A stretch of 64,000 bases of DNA from Chiloscyllium plagiosum (Eukaryota), in the NCBI RefSeq assembly GCF_004010195.1, contig NC_057755.1, positions 1,997,803 through 2,061,802 of the forward strand, in the 5' to 3' direction. The stretch's first letter is position 1. The number at the start of each line of letters is the position of its first letter. Position numbers and translations under genes: made by a program. Below, piece after piece: positions 37,701-49,749 of this stretch. Below the pieces are notes generated by a model. The model was not told the origin of the DNA. It searched no databases and was given only the letters and a program-made list of their open reading frames with translations.

Positions 37701-38640
37701 CAGTGTTAACCATTGAGTCACTGACCTACTAAGGCAGCTTTTAACAATTATACCAAGGCAAGTTTCTGAAGTGTTAGTCATGGAACACTTTGGCACGATT
37801 GATCATAATACTATCAGTTTTAAAACAGTTACGGAATTGGATAAGCCTTGCACAAACGTTAAGCTCTTAATTGGAGTAAGAGATATTTTAAGGATATAAA
37901 ACTGAGCTTTGAAATGTTGATTGGAATAAACTGTTCGCAAATGGGAGAACTTCAATTGTGTGATAATGAGAGTTCAGTAGCATGATGTTCCTGTCAGAGT
38001 GAAAGGCAAGGCTGGTAAGATTAGGAAACAATGGATGAACACAGGAATTAAAGTTGTCGTCAGGAATAAAGCAGGAATCATATTGACTACAGACAATTGG
38101 GATAAACTGAAACTCTTGACGAGTTTAAAATGTGTCGCAGTTCTCTTAAGAAGGAAATCAGGAAGATAAAGACATGATGAAATATCATTCCCACATAAGG
38201 TTAAAGTTAATTTTAAAAACAAGATTCTACAAATCCATTAAGAGCAAAAGAACAATTTGAGTCAGAGTAGGCCCCTCTTATAATCAGTGAGGTTTTATTT
38301 GCGTTGAAGTTGAGGAGATGGGATGGTTATTAAATGAATATTTTGTGCCAGTTATAACTTTTGAGAAAGAAGTGGGCTTTAGATATCGCAGGGAAATAAA
38401 GATTGATGTTTCGACAACAGTTTACATGACGGAAAAAGACATGCTAGAGGCCTTAGAAAAAATAAAGGATCAAGTGTATCCGAGAATATTGTAGGAATTT
38501 AGGGAGGAAATTGCAAGGCCCCAAGTAGAAATGCTTGTATCATCTGCCAACACGAGTGAAGAACCAAAGGAAAAGTGGGTGAAGAAGGTTATACCAGATT
38601 ACAATGGGACCTTGATCAGATGGACCAGTGGGTTTAGGAG
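34780..38640 (+). mobile_element. Old degraded CR1 LINE (ORF1 esterase and ORF2 APE remnants); continues at ~47620-48195 after the nested CR1
   Basis: Remnants CCLSGARV...GFRFLDH and ADELRACLGTWECAVVFITENWL. The RT-region sequence ending gatcagatggaccagtgggtttaggag resumes as atggagtttaattttgataaatgtgag at 47622. Confidence 0.7.
35115..36175 (-). mobile_element. 5'-truncated Penelope-like element (family A) with GIY-YIG domain and hammerhead-containing 3' end
   Basis: Translations include CNRKKCKTC, IYCICCTRCGLLYIAETG, PVAEHFNSPSHS and LGTLQPQGMNVDF. The minus strand carries CTGAAGA-a-GGGC-ttat-GCCC-GAAACGTC near 35173-35202. Confidence 0.88.
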
Positions 38641-40327
38641 TTAGAACATAGAACAGTACAGCACAGAACAGGCCCTTCAGCTCATAATGTTGTACCGACC
38701 ATTGATCCTCATGCATGCACCCTCAAATTTCTGTGGCCATATGCATGTCCAGCAGTTTCTTAAATGTTCCCAATGACCTTGCTTCCACAACTGCTGCTGG
38801 CAACGCATTCCATGCTCTCACAACTCTCTGTGTAAAGAACCCGTCTCTGACATCCTCTCTATACTTTCCTCCAGTCAGCTTAAATATTGACACCGCGTGA
38901 TAGCCATTTCTGAGCTGGGAAATAGACTATAACTTTCGACTCAATCTATGCCTTTCATTATCTTGTATACCTCATTTAAGACCCCTCTCCTCCTCCTTTT
39001 CTCCAATAAAAAACGTACATGCTCAGTCACGCTCTCTTCATAAGGTAAGCCCTCCAGTCCAGGCAGCATCTTGGTAAACCTCCTCTGAACCCTCTCCAAA
39101 ACATCCACACCTTTCCTATAATAGGGCGTCCAGAACTGGAGCAATATTCCAAGTGTGATCTAACCAAAGTTTTATAGAGTTGCAACAAGGTCTCTTAAAC
39201 TCAATACTCCTGCTAATGAAAGCTAAAACACCATATGTTTTCTAAACAAGCATGTCCACTTGGGTGGCCATTTTAAGGGATCGATGTACCTGCACACCAA
39301 GATCCCTCTGTTCCTCCACACTGTCAAGAATCCTATCCTTAATCCTGTGCTCAGCTTTAAATTTCACCTTCCAAAATGCATCACCTCGCATTTATCCAGG
39401 TTGAACTCCATCTGCTACCTCTCAGCCCATCTCTGCATCCTGCCAATGTCACGCTGCAGCCTACAACAGCCCTCTATACTGTCAACGACACTTCTAACCT
39501 TTGTGCCATGATTCGGAGATGCCGGTGTTGGACTGGGGTGTCCAAACTTAAAAATCACACAACACCAGGTTATAGTCCAACAGGTTTAATTGGAAGCACA
39601 CTAGCTTTTGGGAGCGACGCTCCTTCGTCAGGTGATTGTGGAGGGCTCGATCGCAACACAGAATTTATAGCAAAAATTTGCAGTGTGATGCAACTGAAAT
39701 TATACATTGAAGAATTGATTGTCTGTTAAGCCTTTTATCTGTTAGAATACAGTGATAGTTTCACTTCTTTCATGTGTAAATCACAAAATCGTTTTTTTAA
39801 AAGTTGCATTCTCGGGTTAGCTGTTAACAATGGTGATAGCTAGACAATATGTTGAAGGTGTTAGCCCCCTGTGTTCTCTGTCGATGACCTGATGTTTAGA
39901 TTGATTCCAATCTAAAAAGTGAAATAACAGAGTTTTACATAAATTCATGCAGTTTTTGAGCTCAGAATTCGACAAGAATCTATGTGGTGTTTGAGCAAAG
40001 TGCAATGTAACTTTGTACCAAAAGTTTCACCACACACAATATATATGTGTGCATGTGGGTCTTTGTCTGCCTGTGTGTCTGTCTGTCTGTCTGGGGTGGG
40101 GGTTGTGAGTGTGAAAAAGTGTGTGTGTGTGTGTGTGTGTAGTGAGTGCAGAGTGTCTTAAGTCTGTAAGGGGGTGTATGTGTGGGAGTCTGTGTGTCTA
40201 TAAGATAGTGTGTGGATGTCTGTGTGCACGTCTGTGTGTATCTGTGTCCGTGTGCATGTGAGAGTGTGTGCGTGTGTAGGAATATCTGTGTGTGTGTGTG
40301 TGTGTGTGTGTGTAGTGCAATGGTGAT

Positions 40328-41636
40328 CACCTGTAATGTGACATGAACCCAAGGTCCCGGTTGAGGCCCTCCCTATGGGTACCGAACTTAGCTATCAGCC
40401 TCTGCTCAGCCACTTTCCTCTGCTGCCTATCCCGAAGTCCACCTTGGAGGATGGTCACCCGAAGGGTCGAGGCAAAGTGTCCTGGACCACTGAAGTGTTC
40501 CCCAACTGGGAGGGAAGCCTCCTATCTTTTGATTGTTGTGCGGTGTCGTAGCCTTTGCTCAGTTTCCCCAATGTACCATGCCTCTGGGCAACCCTGCCTG
40601 CAACGTATAAGATAGACAATGTTGGCTGAGTCACATGAGTACCTGCCATGTACACGGTGGGAGGTATTCCCACGCGAAATAGTGGTATCTCTGTCCACAA
40701 TCTGACACGTTTTGCAGCGTCCACCGTGACAGGGTTGTATGGAGTTGTCCTGAGAGCCAGGCAGTGTGCTACGAACAATGATCTGTTTGAGATTTGGCGG
40801 TTGTTTGAAGGCAAGTAGTGGAGGTGTGGGGAAGGTCTTGGTGAGGTGCTCATCTCCATTGATAATGTGTTGTAGGTCACGAAGAACATGGCGTAATTTT
40901 TCAGCCCCTGGGAAGTACTGAACAACGAAAGGTACCCTGTCAATTGCAGCCCATGTCTGTCTCCTGAGGAGGTCATTACGGTTCCTTGCTGTGGCACGTC
41001 GGAACTGGCGGTCGATGAGTTGAACATTGTACCGGGTCCTTGTGAGGGCATCCTTGAGTACTTCCAGGTATCCGTCACGTTCCTCCTCATCTGAGCAGAA
41101 CCGGTGTTTGCGTAGGGCTTGTCCATAGGGAATGGCTGTTTTAATATGTTTTGGGTGGAAGCTGAAGAAGTGTAGCATTGTGAGGTTGTCTGTGTGTTTG
41201 CGGTATAGTGTGGTGCTGAGGTGTCCGTCCTTGATGGAGACTCACGTGTCCAAGAATGAGACAGACAGTCGAAAGTAGTCCATGGTGAGTTTGATGGTGG
41301 GATGAAAATTGTTGATGTCACTGTGTAGTTTTATCAGTGACTCCTCGCCATGGGTCCAGAGGAAGAAAATGTCATCAATGTACCTGGTGTACAATGTCGG
41401 TTGGAGATCCTGCATAGAGAAGAAATCTTGTTCGAACCTGTGCATAAAAATGTTGGCATATTGGGGTGCAAATTTGGTCCCCATGGCTGTTCCGTGTGTC
41501 TGGATGAAGAATTGCTTGTCAAAGGTGAAGACGTTATGATCGAGGATAAAGCGAATGAGTTGTAGGATGGTGTTTGGAGACTGGCAGTTGTTGGTGTTGA
41601 GTACTGAGCCTATTGCCGCGATGCCATCATTGTGGG
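40328..41636 (-). pseudogene. Inverted partial copy of the Penelope RT/GIY-YIG ORF
   Basis: ORFs 41242-41643 and 40522-41178 are near-identical to the plus-strand copy, share its internal TGA and carry a private TAG. Confidence 0.88.
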
Positions 41637-41659
41637 ACAACATTGTGTGACAAAATTAT

Positions 41660-43837
41660 CACTGCGGGGAAGTCTATTGTCAACTTATTGGACCACACCC
41701 TTCGACCGGAAGAGATTGAGGTCCTGAGTAGGGGTCTCAACTTCTGCCCCACCACCAAAATGGACCCGTTGGTTTTGGCAGCAGACACAGAGGAGTTCGT
41801 CAGACGAATGAGACTCCGGGAATTCTTTCAAGGTGCCGGCATTGATCCAACTGAGCCCACTGATGAACTAGAACAGTCATCACAGGGATCTGTAGAGGAG
41901 CGACCAAAGAAGGCCGCTGCCCTGGGCTTGACATGTATGCTCAAACTGTCAGGAAATATATAAATGCCAGATTCATCATCCGTACCCATAAGGTAGAGCA
42001 AAACACCACCCGTTCCCAACGCAATGCCATCCAGGCTCTGAAAACCAATCACACCATTGTCATCAAACCAGCAGATAAAGGAGGAGCCGTTGTCATTCAG
42101 AATAGAATAGGTTACGGCAAGGAAGTGTACCGACAACTGAACCACCAGGAACACGACAGGCAACTACCAACTGATCCGACCAAAGAACATATCCGAGAAT
42201 TAAACACACTGATCAGAACTTTGGATCCAGTCCTTCAGAGCTCCCTACACGCACTCATCCCACGTACTTTTCGTGTAGGCGACTTCTACTGCCTTCCAAA
42301 GGTACACAAAGCCAACACACCGGGACGTCCCATCGTGTCGGGAAATGGGACCCTATGTGAGAATCTCTCTGGCTATGTGGAAGGCATCTTGAAACCTATT
42401 GTACAGGGGATCCACAGCTTCTGTCGCGACACTACGGATTTCTTACAGAAACTCAGTGCCCATGGACCAGTCGAACCAGGAACATTCCTCGTCACAATGG
42501 ATGTTTCCGCACTCTACACCAGCATCCCCCACAATGATGGCATCGCGGCAACAGCCTCAGTACTCAACACCAACAACTGCCAGTCTCCAAACACCATCCT
42601 ACAACTCATTCGCTTTATCCTCGATCATAACGTCTTCACCTTTGACAAGCAATTCTTCAACCAGACACACGGAACAGCCATGGGGACCAGATTTGCACCC
42701 CAATATGCCAACATTTTTATGCACAGGTTCGAACAAGATTTCTACTCTATGCAGGATCTCCAACCGACATTGTACACCAGGTACATTGATGACATTTTCT
42801 TCCTCTGGACCCATGGCGAGGAGTCACTGATAAAACTACACAGTGACATCAACAATTTTCATCCCACCATCAAACTCACCATGGACTACTTTCGACTGTC
42901 TGTCTCATTCTTGGACACGTGAGTCTCCATCAAGGGCGGACACCTCAGCACCACACTATACCGCAAACACACAGGCAACCTCACAATGCTACACTTCTCC
43001 AGCTTCCACCCAAAACATATTAAAACAGCCATTCCCTATGGACAAGCCCTACGCAAACACCGGTTCTGCTCAGATGAGGAGGAACGTGACGGACACCTGG
43101 AAGTACTCAAGGAAGCCCACACAAGAACGGGGTACAATGTTCAACTCATCGACCGCCAGTTCCGACGTGCCACAGCAAGGAACCGTAATGATCTCCTCAG
43201 GAGACAGACATGGGCTGCAATTGACAGGGTACCCTTCGTTGTTCAGTACTTCCCAGGGGCTGAAAAATTACGCCATGTTCTTCGTGACCTACAACACATT
43301 ATCAATGGAGATGAGCACCTCACCAAGACCTTCCCCACACCTCCACTACTTGCCTTCAAACAACCGCCAAACCTCATACAGATCATTGTTCGTAGCAAAC
43401 TGCCCGGGTCTCAGGACAACTCCATACAACCCTGTCACGGTGGACGCTGCAAAACGTGTCAGATTGTGGACATAGATACCACTATTACGCGTGGGAACAC
43501 CTCCCACCGTGTACATGGCAGGTACTCATCTGACTCAGCCAACATTGTCTTTCTTATACGTTGCAGGCAGGGATGCCCAGAGGCATGGTACATTGGGGAA
43601 ACTGAGCAAAGGCTACGACACCGCACAACAATCAACAGACAGGAGGGTTCCCTCCCAGTTGGGGAACACTTCAGTGGCCCAGGACATTCAGCCTCGGACA
43701 TTCGGGTGACCATCCTCCAAGGTGGACTTCGGGACAGGCAGCAGAGGAAAGTGGCTGAGCAGAGGCTGATAGCTAGGTTCGGTACCCATAGGGAGGGCCT
43801 CAACCAGGACCTTGGGTTCATGTCACATTACAGGTGA
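41660..43837 (+). pseudogene. Disrupted Penelope RT + GIY-YIG endonuclease ORF (5'-truncated)
   Basis: ORF pieces 41613-41963, 41933-42922 and 42986-43837, with a frameshift near 41910 and an in-frame TGA at 42920-42922 (FLDT*VSIK). Confidence 0.88.
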
Positions 43838-44494
43838 TCACCATTGCACTACACACACACAGATATTCCGACACACACACACACACACTCTCATATGCAC
43901 ACGGACACAGATACACACAGACGCGCACACAGACATCCACACACAGACTCCCACACATACACCCCCTCACAGACTTAAGACACTCTGTACTCACTACACA
44001 CACACACACACACACTTTCTCACACTCACAACCCACACCCCAGACAGACACACACACACAGGCAGACAAAGACACACATGCACACATATATATTGTGTGT
44101 GGTGAATTTTTTTGGTGCAAAGTTACATTGTACTTTGCTCAAAAAACACATAGATTCATGTCGAACTCTGAGCTCAAAGACTGCATGAATTTATGTAAAA
44201 CTCTGTTATTTCACTTTTTAGATTGGAATCAATCTAAACATCAGGTCATCGACAGAGAACACAGGGGGCTAACACCTTCAACACATTGTCTAGCTATCAC
44301 CATTGTTAACAGCTAACTCGAGAATACAATTTTAAAAAAAGTTTGTGATTTACACATGAAAGAAGTGAAACTATCACTGTATTCTAACAGATGAAAGGCT
44401 TAACAGAAAATCAATTCTTCAATGTATAATTTCAGTTACATCACACTGCAAATTTTTGCTATAAATTCTGTGTTACAATCGAGCCCTCCACAAT

Positions 44495-44530
44495 CACCTG
44501 ATGAAGGAGCGTCGCTCAGAAAGCTAGTGT
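44495..44530 (+). ncRNA. Minimal hammerhead ribozyme motif in the PLE family B terminal repeat
   Basis: cac-CTGATGA-a-GGAGC-gtc-GCTCa-GAAA-g-CTA-gtg contains the CUGANGA and GAAA cores, stem II, an NUH triplet and a short cac/gtg stem I. A mutated mirror copy lies at ~39598-39634. Confidence 0.7.
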
Positions 44531-47500
44531 GCTTCCAATTAAACCTGTTGGACTATAACCTGGTGTTGTGTGATTTTTAACCTTTGTGTCGTCTGCAAAC
44601 TTGCTGACCCATTCTTCAATCCCCTTATCCAAGTCATCAATAGAAAATTACAAACAGTAGAGGTACAAGAACAGATCCGTGTGGAACACCACTCACCACA
44701 GACTTCCAGGCCGAATATTTTCCTTCAACTACCACTCGCTGTCTTCTGTTGGCCAGCCAATTCTGTATCCAAACAGCTAAGTTCCCCTGTATCCCATTCC
44801 TCCTGACCTTCTGAATGAGCCTACCATGGGGAACCTTATCAAATGTCATATACACCACAACCACAGCTCGACCCTCATCAACTTTTCTAGTCACATCCTC
44901 AAAGAACTCGGTAAGATTTGTTAGGTATGATCTGCCCCTCACAAAGCCATGTTGACTGCATTCAATCAATCCATGCTCTTCCAGATGGTTATAACTCCTA
45001 TCCCTCAGAATCCTTTCTAAAACTTTGCAGACAACAGACCTGAGACTTACTGGTCTTTAATTGCCGGAGATTTCCCTATTTCCTTCCTTGCAGAGAGGAA
45101 TTACATTTGCCTCTCTCCAGTCCTCAGGTACGACTCCAGTGGAGAGTGAGGATGCAAATATCTTCGCAACTGGCGAAGCAATCACATTTCTCGTTTCCCA
45201 AAGCAGCCGAGGACAAATCTCGTCCGGGCTTGGCGACTTGTCAATCTTAACGTTTGACAAAATTTTCAGCACATCAGCTTCCTCTATCTCTATCCATTCC
45301 AGTCTGCTCACCTGCTCTTCAAAGGTTTCATTCATTGCAAAGTTCATTTCTTTCGTAAAGACAGAAGCAAAAAACTCATTTAGGGCTTTCCCGACCTCCT
45401 CAGACTCCACACACAAGTTCTCTATGCTATCTCTGATCGGCCCTACTCTTTCTTTGACCATTCTCTTATTCCTCACATAAGTGTAAAATGCCTTTGTGTT
45501 CTCCCTAATCCGTTCTGCCAAGCCTTTCTCGTGCCCCCTCTTGGCTCTCCTCAGACCATTTTTGAGCTCCTTCCTCGCCTGCCTGTAATCCTCTAGTGAT
45601 GAGCTTGACCCTAACTTCCTCCACCTTATGTAAGCTACCTTCTTCCTTTGGACGAGAAGCTCCACCACTCTCTTACCCCTTCTTGCCTGTCTCAGAGGGA
45701 CATATTTATTCATCACTCGCAACAACTGTTCCTTAAACAGTCTCCACATGTCTATAGTGCCTTTACCATTGAACAATTGCTCTTATTCCATGCTTCCTAA
45801 ATCATGACTAATCGCATCATAGATTCCTCTTCCCCAATTAAATATCCTCCCATTAGGATCCTCCTAATCCTCTCATTCTCTATAGATATGTAGAATGTGA
45901 GGCAGTTGTGGTCATTATCACCAAAATGCTCTCCCACCACAGGATCAGATATCTGCCCCGGCTCCTTTCCGAGCACCAAGTCTAGAATGGCCTCATCCCT
46001 TGTCGGTCTGTCAACGTACTGAGTTAGGAAACCCTCCAGAAACAGACCTTACATTCAAATCTTCTGCTCGAAGGAGGTTCCAATCAATATTATGAAAGTT
46101 AAAGTCACCCATTACAACAACCCTACTACATCCACACTTTTCCAAAATCTGTCGACCTATGCTTTCTTTAATCTCCCTGCTGCTATTGTGGGCCTGTAGT
46201 AAATCCCTAACGAGGTAACTGTTCCCTTGCTGTTCCTAATTTCCACCCATACTGACTCGGTAGGAAGATCTTCCTTGACAATGGAAGTTTATATATCTGT
46301 GATAGCCTCTCTGATTAGTAGTGATACACCCCCTCCTCTTTTCCCCCCTCCCTATTCTTTTCAAATGTTCTAAACCCTGGAACATCCAGCAACCACTCCT
46401 GTCCCTGAGAAACCCATATCTCTGATATGACCACAACATCATAGCACCAGGTACTGATCCATGCTCTAAGTTCATCACTTTTATTCCTGATACTCCTTGC
46501 GTTAAAGCAAACACACTTTAACTGGTCCCTTTCTTCCTTTCCAGGAATATCCTTCCCACTAGCTGCTCTATTTCTTGATATTGCCTCATCTGCATCAACT
46601 CTCACCTCTGGTATACCGCTCAGGTTACCACCCCCCAGCCATACTAGTTTAAACCTTCTCGAACTACTTGAGCAAACCTTCCACTCAGGACATTGGTCTC
46701 CTTCCAGTTCAGATGCAACCCATTCTCTATGTACAGGCCCCACCTTCCCCAGAAGGCATCCCAATTATCTACATATCTGAAGCCTTCCCTCCTACACCAG
46801 CTGTACAGCCACGCATTAGACTGCGCCCGTTCCCTGTTCCTTGCCTCGTTATCTCGTGGCACCGGTAGTAATCTAGATAACACTATTCTATTCGTCTAGC
46901 TTTGCAGCTTCCATCCTAACTCCCTGAAATCACTTATTATATCCTCAATCCTTTTTTTTGGCTATGTCATTAGTGCCAATATGTAACACGATTTCTGGCA
47001 GTTCGCCCTCCCCATTTTTGGCCTTATACACACGATCGGAGACGTCTCAAACCCTGGCACCAGGGATGCAAAATACCTTCTGGGAATCTTGATCCTGACC
47101 ACAAAATCTCCTGTCGATTCCCCTAACTATTGAGTCCCCTATCACGACTACTTTTCTATTCTGCCCCCTTCCCTGCTTTGCCACAGTATCAGGCTCAGTG
47201 CCAGAGAACTGACCACTATGGCTTTCCTCTGGAGGTCATCCCCCCCAGCAGTATCCAAAACTGTATACTTATTGCTGAAGGGAATGTCCACAGGGGATCT
47301 CTGCACTGCCTGCCTGTCCCCTTTCCTCCCCCTAACTGTAACCCATCTATCCTTGTCCTGAGCCTTAGGAATGACCAACTCCTGGTAACTCCTCTCAGTT
47401 ACCCCCCCAGTCTCCCGAATGATCCGTAGTTCATCCAGCTCCAGCTCCAATTCCCTAAAACGGTTTTCACGGAGTTGGAGTTGGGTGCACTTCCTTGCTG

Positions 47501-48574
47501 ATATATATGGTCACTGCCTTCCTTCCCGGCTGCCCCTCTGGTCCGCGTCACTTCCTCCGCTGCTCCCGCTCCTTCTGTGAAAGAGAAAATACTGCTGCCC
47601 GCTAACGGTATTTTTTTTTAAATGGAGTTTAATTTTGATAAATGTGAGTTGCGTTCAATTCTGGTCTCCCTATTATAGGTAGGATGCTATTAAACTTGTA
47701 AGGGTTCAGAAAAAAATTACAAGGATGTTGCTGGGATTGGAGGATTTGAGCTACACGGAGAGGTTGAATGGGCTGGGGCTGTTTTTCTGCAGTGTCGGAG
47801 ACTGGAGTGGGGGAGGGGTGGGGGATTAGTTGACCTTACAGAGCTTTATAAAATTATAAGGGATATAGGTAAAGTAAATAGACAAAATTTGTTCAGTGAA
47901 GAGGAGTCCAAAGCTAGATAGATTTAAGCTGAGAGAGGAAATGTTTAACATGACCTGAGGGGGAACTTTCTCACATAGAGTGCTGTGCGTGCATGGAATG
48001 AACTGCCAGAGGAAGTGGTGGATGCTGGTACAATTACAGCATTTAAAAACATTTGGATGGGTGTATATTTCAAAAAGGGTTTCCAGGGATATGGGCCGAC
48101 TGCTGGCAAAAGATATCAGATCAAATCAGGATATCTGGTTGGCATGGATGAGTTGGACCAAAGGGCCTGTTTCCACAGTATAAAACTCTGTCTCTGGAAA
48201 TGTACTTAAAAAAACGTATATCATGGCAACTTACACTGACCCACAGAAGGTGATATTAGGTCATTTGGCAATAATTTGGTCGAGGAGGTAAATTTCAAGG
48301 AGTATTATAATTCAGAGAGGGAGCTGGGTAATCGGAAGAACTGAGAGTTGGGATCCAGAAGCGAACACAGCTCAGTCGCGCAAGATTGTTCCCATTGTCA
48401 GAGTTAGTGTTGTTTCTGGCATTCTTCCCTGCCATTTCATTCTGGCCTTGCATGATTTGGATGTGAACATAGGAGTTGAGAGTGTGATGCTGCAAAACAC
48501 AGCAGGTCAGGCAGCATCCGAGGAGCTGGAGAATCGACGTTCTGTGCAAAAGCCCTTCATCATAAATAAGCCTG

Positions 48575-49506
48575 AACTTTGGAGCTATAGTTAGTAATTT
48601 TGCAGCTGACACCAAACTTAGAGTTGTAGTGGACAGCAAAGAAGTTTGCCTCAGATTACAATGGAATCTTAATCAGGTGGGCCAATAGACTGAGGAGTGG
48701 AGTTTAATTTCGATAAAGCAAGGTGCTGCATTAAAAAAAAACAAATCAAAGCAGGACTTCTACACTTAATGTTGAGTTCTCGGGAGTGTTGCTGAACAAA
48801 GACACCTTGGAGTGCAGGTTCACAGTTCCTAGAAGGAGGAGTTGCAGGTAAATAGGATAGTAAAAAAGACCTTTGGTATGCTTTCCTTTTTTGGTCTGAG
48901 TACAGAAGTTGGGAGATCATGTTGCGTCTGTACAGGACATTGGTTAGGGCATTATTTGGGATATTTCTTGCAATTCTAATATCCTTCCTTTCGGAAGAAC
49001 ATTGTGAAACGTGAAAGGGTTCAGAAAAGACTTCTAAGTGTGTTGCCATGGTTGGAAGATTTGAGCTATAAGGAGAGGCTGAATAGGCTGGGGCTGTTTT
49101 CCCTGGAATGTCAGAGGCTGAAGGTGACCTTATAGAGATTTAGAAAATCCTGAGGGGTATAGATAGGGTGAATTTGCAAGGTAATTTCTCTTGGGTGGAG
49201 GAAGACCAGAACTGGAGGGCATAGGTTTAGGGTGAGGGGAAAAATTTAAAAGGGATCTACCGGGCAACGTTTTTACACAGAGGGTGGAGTGTGTATGGAA
49301 TGAGCTGCCAGAGGAAATGGTGGAAGGTGATATAATTCCAACATTTAAAAGACACTTGGGTGGGTATATGAACATGAAGGATTCAAAGGGATATGAAACA
49401 AATGCTGGCAAAAGAGCCTCAAGTAGGATAGGATATCTGGTCGGCATGGACTGTTTTGGACCAAAGGGCTTGTTTCCGTGGTGTATATCTCTTTGACTAT
49501 ATGACT
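48575..49506 (+). mobile_element. CR1 LINE 3' fragment
   Basis: ADTKL-like motif, WNELPEEMVE, ctatatgactc tail. Confidence 0.78.
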
Positions 49507-49749
49507 CGAAACCGAAATTCTATGAAATCTGTCATATCTTTGACTATCACACCAGCTGGAAATATTACACTACTGCAGAATATTTAACACTTTCATAGAG
49601 ATTTTACAAAACATGATTTAAACCACTCCAAAAAATCAAGTAAATCAATGGATGACTTTGGAACATTTTGAATAGATGAATGAGAAGTTAAAATTGAGAA
49701 TGTGGAGGACAACATGCCTGTATAGGTCACTGTAGTCAGTGTATAATCA

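Larger units (their letters stand above)
39506..44580. mobile_element. Penelope-like retroelement (family B) inserted as a tail-outward inverted pair: minus arm ~39506-41636, plus copy ~41641-44580
   Basis: RT motifs (DVSALYTSIP, GTAMGTRFAPQYANIFM, YIDDIF) and a GIY-YIG endonuclease (CKTC...NIVFLIRC...WYIGET) occur in both orientations. Flanked by duplicated target taacctttgtg (39495-39505 and 44578-44588) inside a CR1. Confidence 0.93.
38641..47560 (-). mobile_element. Near full-length CR1 LINE (ORF1 with SGNH esterase-like domain, ORF2 APE + RT), degraded and interrupted by the Penelope insertion
   Basis: ORF1 NAWLYSWCRREGFRYVDNW...GLHLNWKET; APE CVCFNARSIRNKSDEL...YDVVVISEIW; RT PEDWREANVIPL, SQHGFVRGRSYLTNL, FDKVPHGRL, SGVPHGSVL; 3' (tgttcta)n tail at ~38641-38670. 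Confidence 0.9.

Noticed and set aside
42920..42922. Selenocysteine or readthrough codon in the Penelope ORF
   Set aside because: The position (FLDT*VSI) is not an expected Cys site and fits CGA>TGA decay. The element has other lesions, and I did not identify a SECIS.
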